This document shows, in pieces, positions 35,632 through 46,622 of a stretch of DNA of 64,000 nucleotides. The stretch covers positions 372,001 through 436,000 of the forward strand of contig RHPI01001132.1 in assembly GCA_009103225.1 (NCBI GenBank). The letters run 5' to 3'. The notes below the pieces were generated by a model. It was not told the origin of the DNA and made no database searches. It saw nothing but the letters and a program-made list of their open reading frames with translations. The stretch is from Chlorokybus atmophyticus (Eukaryota; Plantae; Mesostigma and Chlorokybus algae). Every line of letters starts with the position of its first letter. Position 1 is the stretch's first letter. Made by a program: the position numbers and the translations under genes.

Positions 35632-38600
35632 ATGGCGCTGGTCATGTCATGCTCAAGCCAGGCTCAGACGGTCTCAGCGGCTCGGAACAGCAAAGCAGTG
35701 TTACCGTTGAAGCTGTCGCTGCGGCCAAGGCACAAAAGGCATGCTCGAGCGGTGTGCAGCCCATGCGTGGCGAACCTCCACGAGGTGCGAGGGCGGGATA
35801 CCGGAAAAATCCATGACGAGGAAGCTGGCAAAGAGGAAGAGAGCGTCTCGCCTGCTTACGCCACGCGCTACAGTGGCAAAGCGGTATGCCGCAGACAACC
35901 GATATGTTATGTCCATTCAGTGCACTAGCTTAATATTGCACACCCGTACGTGCACACACACGCATGTGCGTGCGGGTGTGTGCTGCTTGTTAACTATGCC
36001 ACAAACGCACCATCATCACTTTGGTAACCTTTAGAGAAGGTTTGCAACTATCATGAATTCAGATGTGCAGAGTTGTTTGTGATTAACCGTGCCTGTTACA
36101 CAGTTGCCAAAAAACAAGTTACCGCAAGAGCCGATGGACAAAGACGCTGCCTACCAATTCGTTCGCGATGAGCTCATGCTTGACGGCAACCCGCGCCTCA
36201 ATCTGGCGAGCTTCCTTACCACATGGATGGAGCCCGAGTGCGACAAGTAAGCATGACCTTGCACACTCAGTTTGCAAGCAAATGACTCATGAATGAAAAG
36301 ACATGTTTGCGGTGCAGACTCATGGCAGAGAGCATGAACAAGAACTTTGTGGATGCCGACGAGTACCCTGCGACGATGGAGCTGCAGAATCGCTGCGTAA
36401 ACATGATTGCGCGGCTGTGCAACGTGCCTCTCAACAACAGTGATGACAGGGCAGTTGGAGTCTCGTAAGTAGTCTTATAGTCATATAGTCTTATAAGTTT
36501 TCACTTTTTGCATACAATGTGGGTTTGTTGCTTGTTTGTTGTCGTTGTTGTCGATGTTGTTGTTGTTGTCGTCTCACCAACCGGCGGTTGTGCACAGGAC
36601 AGTTGGCTCCAGTGAGGCCATTCTTCTGTCAGGCCTCGCCTTCAAGATGCTTTGGAAGAAGAAGATGCTAGCGAAAGGCCGCAAACCCGAGGAGCTGCTG
36701 CATCCCAACATTGTGATGGGTGCCAACGCACAGGCAGGGCCACTGCATGTAGGCATTGCCATTGGTTGGCTGTCCCAACACACGTTGATGTCCCATAAAC
36801 ACCCCATTGGGGAGGAGAGGTGTACAATCAGTTATCACACGGAACAATTTGTCGAAGTCGAAATTTTGGGTTAGAGGGTGTATTCCGACTATTATGTAAC
36901 CTGTTTGTTGCCAATAGATGTTACACAGGATCTGTGCACAGCAGTAGTTCACACGAACGAGTCAAATGTCAGTGAATGAATTGCAAGCAACGATATAACC
37001 TTTAACTCAAGTTGTCTGAGTGTTTGATGCATGGCATGCCAACAACCATCACACAACCATGCAAACCCATCACCACAGGGATGCAGTAGCAGAGTAGAAT
37101 CCAAGCACAGTTGCAAGACAAGAAAATTGTTGATTTACCAACCCAAAAAGGGGTACAGGTACAGGTACAGGTCTTGTTTCACACAATTCTATCTACCTCC
37201 GCCAAACCTAAGCAACACCACCAATCCGCGGGTGCACTCTAACCCAACCACACTGCAACATCAACATAGATGTTCATGAAACCAATATGTCCCCATGTCC
37301 CATTGGTTGGCTGTGCCAACACACGTTGTTTTCACGCTGTTTCTCACGCAATGGTCCAAGAATCACCTACAACTACTAGGCACATCAAGTCTGCTTGCTG
37401 TACCAGATCGATACAGTTTCATTCAAGTTTGTGGCCATGGCGGCGGTGGAGGCGGCGGCGGCGGTGGCGGCGGCTGGCGAAGTGAACAAGTCAGCAGCGA
37501 CTCTTAGCAAAGGTACTTCTAAATTCTGCTACCCTACTCAGCATCCTCCCAAGCCTCCTTTAGCGCTTGGTATCGCCTGTATGTGGCGATGTCGATGGGA
37601 AAGTCGCGGCGAAAACCCTTCAGGCGATTCAGTTCCTTAGGGCAGGGCTGAATGTTGTTAAGATGCAACACCTTTTCCAAGCCCTCCTGTTTGATCCATG
37701 CACAAGGAATGACATGGTCTAGCTCCCAAACCGACCCATAGTTCTCCCATCGAATATGGCCCTGCAAACATAGCATTTAACTACAACATCAACAACACCT
37801 CAAATCATATGCAATGAACGCACAGAAAAGATACCTCCCACGCTTCAAACTGATCTTCAACAAACTTGATAAAGCGCGCCTTGTTGGCACACAGGAAATG
37901 TGCCCATCGTTTCCCTTCAATACCATTTCTCAGTAGTTGCTGCCCGTTCCTGCGCATCAACGCGTTCCAGGCACGCGTTTGGCCATCCACTATGGAGGAT
38001 ACATCCTGTGTTACCGATAACGCGAACGGGAAGCTCCTGTGAGCGAGGCAAGTAAGTAAGTAAGTTTGAACATGTACACATATGTCGTTATGCAGATCTT
38101 GAACAACAAACAAGCCCTTACTGTTCTGTCAGAGCGGCATGGCATTGGCCGCAGACTCCGCGATTCAGCTGTTTACGGCCTGCTCTGCAGATGTAACACT
38201 TGTCCGGGAAGGAGCAGGGAATGCATGTCTTGTAGTTCCTGCGGAGAAGCGAAGGTGCTAGCGGCTTACGACACGTGATGCAGGTACTTTTTCCATCAGG
38301 GTTCCTGCACGCTGGTAATGTACAAACTGACATTCGTCAGTCAATCCACCAAGTTGTAAACAGCCACGGTTACAAATGCAATGACAGTACCTGCATGTGT
38401 TGAATAGCCCTCCCTTGCAAGCATATCTTCAACTGGTTCGTTGCATATATGGCAGATGATTTCTCCTTCCTGTATGTCACGTCGCTTTTCTCTGAACTTC
38501 TTTTTAACGCAGGACGCGCATATCTTTCCGGTATTGTACACCGCAAGAGGTCTATCACAATCCGCATTGTCACACTTGCGTTCCTGTTGCTGCCTCTGCT

Positions 38601-41600
38601 CTGCCCGTCTCTTCTTGTCACAGCTATTGCACTCCACCCCCGTCATGTAAGACTCCACAAGTCCATCACAATCCGCATTGTCACATATGCGTGGTTGCTC
38701 CTTCCTCTCTTTCTGTCTCTTCTTCTTACACCTTTGGCACAACACCCCCGTCATGTAAGACTCCACCAATCTCTCACAATCCGCATTGCCACACTTGCGT
38801 GGTTGTTCGTTGCTCTTCTCTTTTGCCTTCTTCCTCTTACACCGACCGCATATCCTCCCTGTCATGCATGTCTCCACCAATCTCTTACAATCCGCATTGT
38901 TACACTCGCGTGGTTGTCCCTGCTTCTTCTGTCTTAACTTGTTCCTATCACACCGACTGCATTCCGTCCCTCCCATGTATGCCTCCACCAATCTATCGCA
39001 GTCGTCATGTTGGCAGGTGAGTGTCGCTCTGTCGATCTCAGCAACCTGTCGCTTGATTGTAGGGCTGGTTGAAGATGACAGGCTGGGAGGGGAGCTGGAT
39101 ACGACAAGCAAAGCAGGTGAGTCCGTTTCTGAATCACGCAACCATCTTGTGAGGTGAAACTTGATAGTGTCTTTGACAGTATCCTCAGCTTGACAGTGAG
39201 CTTGACATTCAGCTTGACAGTCATACTCAGGCGAAGTGAACACATAGACAAGCTCGACTACTGACTATCAGCTTGACTACTGCTTGACAGTTGTACTCAG
39301 CTTGACATTCAGCTTGACAGTCATACTCAGGCGAAGTGAACACATAGACAAGCTTGACTACTGACTATCAGCTTGACTACTGCTTGACAGTTGTACTCAG
39401 CTTGACATTCAGCTTGACAGTCATACTCAGGCGAAGTGAACACATAGACAAGCTTGACTACTGACTATCAGCTTGACTACTGCTTGACAGCTGTACTCAG
39501 CTTGACATTCAGCTTGACAGTCATACTCAGGCGAAGTGAACACATAGACAAGCTTGACTACTGACTATCAGCTTGACTACTGCTTGACTATCAACAAGTT
39601 TAACCAGCACACACCTGCTGCCTGCCGGCAGGGGCAGTTCACCGGGATCCCGCTGCTTGCGCTTCATTACCACTTCAACCTAGCAACCAAGCAAGTCAGT
39701 CAGTCAACTAGCAGACCCACTGCTCTTGCGCTTGCAGTTCATGCATGCATGCCAGCTGGCTTACATTGCTTGTGCATGCAGTACAGCCTCCAGTACTGAC
39801 CTGACTGCTTGCGATGAGGCCCCAGCTTAGAGCTGGACATGAGCACTTGCGATTTGGCGCAGCTCCTCTCCTAGCCCGCCATTCTGGGAGGTAAGTGTGC
39901 TGTTTCACACTTCACTCCCCTCCGCCCCCACTCCCCGCCCCCGCACTTTCCCGCCACCGCCACCGCCACCGCCACCACCACAGTGCATGCTCTGCTGCTG
40001 CATTGGCAGTAGGAGCTGCGTTGATGTGCGACGTGAGTGCTCCACCTAGTGGTACAGTTCTCAGTCGTGAACTGTCAGTGCTTGTCGTTATGTCAAATGG
40101 CGGGTTGGACATGCTGTTGCTGCCTTACGAGGAGGTCTCGCGCTGAGGACGACAAGCATGAGCTATTTCTGGCAACCATCCGTCACTGTGACGTAATGCC
40201 ACTGCCGCGTGACCTTGTCGCCGCGATCAAGTAATAATCAAACAATAAATAAGTAAATAAATACATATAACAATATACATATAATCAAACAAGAACAAAA
40301 TCCATATGACACACTGAGGAAAAAAAGTTATAGTGTGGGACAAACTCGGACGATACTTTGATGTTGAACTGAAGACCGTGCCTGTTTCAGGTACTCACAT
40401 ACTGGTATACTGGTACATGCATCATGTAGTGCAGATTGCTGCTGCTGGTGACTGATGTATTATATGACGGTGTTTGCAGAGCATGAGCTCATCATGAACC
40501 CAAAGAAGGCAGTGGACATGGTTGATGAGAACACAATATGCGTGGCGGTCATGTTTGGCAGCACGTAAGCTGAGTTGAGGATGCATACATAGGTATTGGC
40601 CGCTTAAGCTCATCACTCTTCTCGGTAGCTACACAGGGGAGTTTGAGGATGTCAAAGCCATTAATGACCTGCTTATGGAAAAGAACACGGCGACTGGATG
40701 GGATACGCCAATACACGTTGATGCTGCGAGCGGCGGGTTTGTTGCACCATTCTTGTGGCCGGAGCTCGAATGGGACTTCAGACTTCCGCTGGTAGATGTG
40801 CTTTGTTAGTCCCCAGATATCAGCACTTGCTGATGTTGATGTAGTCGACGTATGCGGATCTGTGTACAGGTGAAGGCCATCAATCTGTCAGGCCACAAGT
40901 ACGGCCTTGTGTACCCGGGCTGCGGTATGCGACAGAGACCACAAAGTAGTCAACATGACGCTAGATGATTTCATTGCTTTTGTTCACTGCTTGCGCAGGT
41001 TGGAACATTTGGCGGTCCAAGGCAGAGCTTCCAGAGGAGCTGGTGTTCCATATCACGTACCTTGGGAGCGATCAAGCAACAGCAACACTCAACTTCTCAC
41101 GCAGCTCTAGCGGGGTCGTCGGTCAATACTATCAGTTCATCCGGTAGTGCTCTTGTTTAGCTAGCGTGCGTGCGTGCATCTACACGTGCGTGCATATGCG
41201 TACGTATAAGTGTACGGGCGGGCGAGCTCGCGCGTGCCTGTATGTGCGTCTTTGATGGGCAACCATTGCGTGTGTATTCAGGCTCGGCTTTGAGGGCTAC
41301 AAGGGGATTATGGCCAACTGCTGGGCGCAGGTCCATTATCTCCGCCAGCGCATTGCAAAGCTTGGGCACTTCCGCCTGATGTCCGCTGAAGACCAGGGAG
41401 TGCCTGTTGTCGCCTTCAGACTGCAGGTGCATGTGACATTTCTCAGCCTACGTTTTCTGACATCTGACAGGTGGTGCTTGACACGGTGATACGCGTGCTC
41501 ATGCAGGATACAAGCAAGTACGATGAGCACGACATTGCTCTTGGGCTGAAATTTTACGGATGGATTGTTCCAGCATACAACTTGCCGCCAGATGTGAGCC

Positions 41601-41963
41601 ATGTCACCATTCTGCGTGCTGTTGTGAGAGAGGACTTCACGCGCTCACTGGCAGAGAAGCTTGCAGACAACCTCAAGCAGGTGACACACCAGATATATCC
41701 GTGTGCTTGCACTCGTGTCGGCGTGTGCGCGCGCATACGCCGCATGCATGTGCTTAGGTGTGCGTTTGTGTGTGCACCTAGGCATGCATGCCCGTATATG
41801 TGTGAGTGTGCTGTGCATATCACATTGCAAAGCAACAGATACCGCACCTGACCCCACATCACAGACCTCCACTCCTGTGCAGGTCGTGGAGGACTTAGAA
41901 GCGCATCCCAAGAAGCAAGCCGACAAGCAAAAGGAGAAGCCGAGGACCGTTCGCCCGTGCTGA
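35632..41963 (+). CDS. GAD: Glutamate decarboxylase, about 12 exons, with a 3.6-kb insertion-bearing intron (36734-~40330) and an N-terminal extension
   Basis: [116 protein letters not shown] (PLP lysine), [15 protein letters not shown]. The splice acceptor of exon 5 is unresolved. Confidence 0.93.
37534..39243 (-). CDS. Nested antisense gene: tandem C4 zinc-finger-like repeats plus C-terminal HNH endonuclease (exons 39243-38391, 38311-38122, 38036-37835, 37761-37534; ~490 aa)
   Basis: The four exons join through three GT-AG introns of phase 1, 2 and 0 into a 1473-nt open frame. Five C-x4-C-x12-C-x2-C repeats, further CxxC pairs, then [26 protein letters not shown]...[15 protein letters not shown]. 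The start codon is uncertain. Confidence 0.8.
39196..39588. repeat. Tandem array with exact 100-bp period (~3.9 copies), built of cttgac sub-repeats
   Basis: cttgacattc recurs at 39201, 39301, 39401 and 39501. Copies differ by isolated substitutions. Confidence 0.95.
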
Positions 41964-42456
41964 CGGCATTGTGTATCTGTCTGACAGTGTTTGATTGCCG
42001 CGCATGAAACACTGCATGCCAGTGTAGGGTGGATAGGCCAAACTTTGTACATAGGAGGCCGAACTCTGCACAGAATGCCGAAGCTTATCCTGAGAATGAG
42101 ATGTCTCAGTAAAAATGCACTACTGATTCCTGGACATTCTAGACGGCCCTCCGCGAAAATATGAAATACAGTGTCTCAGCAATATTGCAACACACATTGA
42201 CTCAGTACTGCTATTGATTTCTGGATGGCCCTGCAGCGCGGTGCCGCACCGCCGGTGTGGCTGTCGCAATTTAAACCGCGGGGGCTGGCCAGTATAGGCG
42301 CCCTGCGCTGTGTTGTGCGGCTTGTACTGAATTCTGTGTTGCACAAAGCGCGGGGGGCTGCTTAGCTGTAGCTCACAGTGCGACTGTCTCTCCAGACACT
42401 GGCTCCATCTTCGCGGGAGCCTATGCTGTGGAGTGGTGGATGCATGTCGCGCGGAG

Positions 42457-42887
42457 CTGTTGGGCGGTCACTGGAGCTTTGTTGGAAGCTTGCATGCTTG
42501 GTGAATTTCCAAGCAGTGACTACAATTTGGCTTGCTTGAGCACTTGCTGTGCACTACGCGGTGAAGTGGATGACAGTCAATCGTGACGGTTGGTGGGTGC
42601 TCAGCATGCTAGGAACCATGCTTGGTTGGCGAATATTGGCTATTTACATAGGTAATGCTGGAGTTCAGTTGCTTGAACCGATCGAATGACTGACATGAAT
42701 GAATGTGCGTTTAAAAACAGCTGTTGGGCCGCCCAACCGGGTCACCAGCGTGGTTGGAAGCTTGCATGCTTGATGAGTGACCAAGCAACTGACTGCATTT
42801 TTGCTTGCTTAAGCACTTGCTGTGCACTGCGCGGTGAAGTGGATGACTGTCAAACGTGACACTTGGTCGGTGCTCAGCCTGCTAGGA
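42457..42887. repeat. Diverged direct repeat, two copies of ~160 bp about 270 bp apart
   Basis: ggaagcttgcatgctt...gcacttgctgtgcact.cgcggtgaagtggatgac.gtcaa.cgtgac...gtgctcagc.tgctagga occurs twice. Confidence 0.85.
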
Positions 42888-42939
42888 GTTGATGGCGATA
42901 GTATTTGTCAGTAGTAAGAACGCCTTGTCGCCTGCCTCT

Positions 42940-43640
42940 CAATGCATTTACAAACAGGAACAATTGGCGCAGCCTGTCCAATAGGACAGGCTGGACTCCT
43001 ATTGGACAGGCTGCGCCAATTGTTCCTGTTTGTCCAATAGGACAGGCTGCGCCAATTGTTTGGGGGGAACGGCATCCAACCTGTGCACCAGAGCACATGT
43101 TTGCTGGGGCTCTGCATGCCGAGTGCTGTCATTGCAAGTTGATAGCAAGTCCGCCGTCTTTGCAAGCAATGACTTGTTCATACCTAGTCCCGCTGCGCCA
43201 GATTTTCGTAATCAAAGCTGGTTGTGTCTTCAATGACTTTTGGGACAGATCCCTCAGGAGATCTGTCCCAAACCCACAATAGAGCATGCTGTCACTACAG
43301 TTGTGTAATGACAGCAAGCTCCATTGCAGACTGCACACGGGGAGCTGCAACGAGCCTGTGCAATCCGGAAGCAATGGTGACATGTCAAACGGGACTGTTA
43401 ATGGGTAACGAACCTATTTACCAGTTGGAAACAGCAATTTCTTATTGTTGTTGGGGTTGATGGATGTCTTGACCGTACAAGAGAACTCGTTCTTGCGAAC
43501 AACAAGGTAATCTTGCGTTGCCCTAATAGCGCAAAGATCTTCCTGCTGCTTGGACTAGCAGGAGCATCGCCAAGATATACATAATGGTACGCCTGCGGGA
43601 TTTGCCATAGGTTGATGGCAACCCAATGACCACCATGTCC
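42940..43640 (+). pseudogene. Scrambled UbiA/COQ2-like prenyltransferase relic
   Basis: KAGCVFNDFWDR (~43215-43250) resembles the first Asp-rich UbiA motif. Fragments coding LDR, PIG and LLL at 42975-43005 resemble the RLDxPIGxxLL start. No continuous frame. Confidence 0.45.
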
Positions 43641-46529
43641 GTCTAAGTAATTATGCAATTGCATATTCAATAAGTGTTTTCGCTCTGCCCGATAGATTAA
43701 GACAGGTACCGGCAGCGGTGGTTATTATGCATCTGCGCCCTTATTTGCACTAGTGCTTTCTATTTGACTATTTGCTGTTGCTATCCAATTTGTAGGCTTA
43801 GCATTGATATAAACTTGTGCGCAGGGTTGTCGTTTCAATGTGCCGCACATGCTGCTCTTGAGTACCAGGCGCAAAGACAGCGGTGACAAGCATTCCACAT
43901 AGCCACGGTGGTGCTCGAAAACTGTCTCACCTTATGACGCGGTTACAGAAGTACGCAAGTGCTGGATATACAGGTCTCGTTCCAAGCCATGCCAACAGGT
44001 GGCAAACAGGTGCTTGATGGCAAGAAGGAATGTTTGGATTGTCGGGCGCTACACATATAGTTCAAGCAACCACAATAAGTACCTCGCTTGCATGCATGAG
44101 TGATGATCTTGGAAACTGAATCTACTGGCATTGTGTCCAAAGTTCGTGCTTGCAGGGCTAGGGTGCACCGAAACTATGTGACCTAAGGATGAGCATCTGT
44201 TGTGCCACACCTGCCGCCTGTGATTGTTGGATTAAGAGGAGGAAACCTACTCAAGGTACTTGCAATGTAAGTTTGCTGTACCTCATTCACCCTTGATGAA
44301 GTTTAACTATGTGCGTTGCAGTGGTTGAATATGTGCCATTCACGGCTGTGGGAAGCTGTTATTAGCCGCTGACATAGCGATCTGGTGCCACGCCGCGTCT
44401 TCAGAAAAGGAGTGCAATCTACGCGGCAAGGTCTCACCACTGACACGGCAGCCTATAAGTATGTGCAAAGAGCGCGCGACTCATGTAGCCGCGGAGAAGT
44501 ATCCAGAGTAAGTAGTGCTTATAACATTGCATTGACACAACGCAATGTTAGAAGCATTGGCTGTTATACGCTGTCATCTTGCATCCAATGCGTTGTTGCC
44601 CATTAGCAGGGGCCACACTCATAACACAATTTTAAAGAATGGCCAATAATGTGAAAGGAGGACCAGACAACCAACGGAGACGAAGTGCATATACCACGGT
44701 TGCCAACAAGAGCCTCTTACGGTGATCTTTGCGTAACATACTATATTGAAAACGGAGCTCTTAACATCACACCCTCTATTGAGAGCTTTCTTTATGGTGT
44801 GTATATATGTGGAAACTCATAAGTATAGTATACTCATAGTATACTCATTAAGCTGATCGGCATACGAGTGTTATGTGAAAAATGATAATGGGTTGATGGG
44901 TATACAGTCAAGGCCTGCGCGATGTGCCATAGTGTTATGTATTTTCCACGCCACACTTTCTAAAAATAAGCGTGTAGATGAATATGGCATGTGTTTATCA
45001 GCACACATTGATGTGATTGCAAGGCCACTTGCCTTCAATATGCTTGTATTGGCATGTGTGATGTGTTTACGTTTACATGTTTACATACTGGATCAAACTG
45101 CGCTGACAGTGATGGCATGACTCTGAAATTTCGGATGTGCTGCATTACTTGCCAATAATCCTCCGCTGTAAATTTCTCAAGCAGCCCTTTAAGCTCAGCA
45201 AACGCTGGCATACGACATGTTGCACAATTGATTTTGAAATAAGTATTACATTCCAAGCGTAACACTTATTCCACAATCTCGAAGCCCAAAACGTCCGATC
45301 TTTGTACTTGAGAAGAGCAAAAGCACTTGAAAGAGTACAGTTGCCAGCCTCATGTTAAACAAGGCCACCACCGCAAATGATGCGACACTTTTATAATATC
45401 AGAGAAGGCGCAACTTGCCTATCCCAAGTGAGTTAACATGTTAAACACACATGCATACATTATAATTGGTCGCAAGTTGGTCTAATTATTTGTTATATAA
45501 CATTGGCCTTGGAATGCTAGCTTGCTGACCGCCAAAGCGCACGCGCGGGGAGCGTTGGGTGGACGCCAATATTGGCGTCGAGGTATCCCCCGAGCCCCAC
45601 AAGGAGTCATACATCAATATGCTGACGACCCACAAAAACAAGTTGCAAGATTCCCAGGCTTACGGTTGCGGTTGGAGGAGCACAGCAAGCTCTTGGGCAC
45701 CCCAGAACAATAAAGGGACCATGTTGAAGTACAATTTGCAAAATGAGAGGTAAATGTTTTTAAAGCACTTATTGACTCCACTGATTTTGCTCGTTCAACT
45801 CAAGAAGCACGGCCTCTTTAAAGCTCGCTTATCAAACAAGCCATGCATTGCTAGAACTGTAATACAACTTGTGTCGTTACAACACATGTACAAGCTCAGT
45901 TGCGAGAACCAGTTGACGGTGTGGGAGCACGACCACAAATCACTAACCAGCTCTTACAATTAACACAACCCTAACGAGCGCGAGGAACTTTTTAGCATCT
46001 GACGCATCTTCCCCTGCCTTAAAGAACTTCAACTCGTTCAAGGGAGTGAAGCTCGTCCCTCCAACGCCTTTCAGATACGAGAGTGGCTGAGGGAGCGTGC
46101 AGCTAGCATGATAAATTTATGATTCAGTCATAAATAGTCATTTATTATCGTCGGCGCTTGATGCCATTGTAATCGCAGGTGGCAATTGCATGGTGCTAAC
46201 CGGCATTGCACTTGACTGTGTGTAGGTGATAAAACCATGCACGGTTTGGCTTTACCTAATTGTGTTATATTGTGTGCACCATCGCACCACCTTTGGTGCT
46301 GCACAGCTGTCTTATGACATGTCCGAATTTGCAGCAATTGCATTAGTGATTATGAGATCCGTGCATCTGTATCGACGAGTATTGCTGGCAAAATGCCACG
46401 AAGTCACTGGCATATCAACATCGCAATGACAAATGCGGTAGCGGGCATCACACATACATGGTGACTCACATGAGCATGTCTAAACATCGTGAGATTGCAT
46501 GCTAGGTGCGTGACGGGCTGGTAATGTAC

Positions 46530-46622
46530 CGATATATATATATATTTATATACATGTATACATATATATACATATATACATATATACATATATATATATG
46601 TATACATATACATACATATATA
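46530..46622. repeat. (AT)/(ATAC)-type microsatellite
   Basis: Read directly. Similar tracts: 50525-50568 (CATACA)n, 54352-54380 (GA)n, 62302-62330 (CT)n, 63670-63735 (AT)n. Confidence 0.9.

Noticed and set aside
39196-39588. CRISPR-like array
   Set aside because: The units are contiguous near-identical 100-mers with no unique spacers, there are no cas genes, and the context is eukaryotic.
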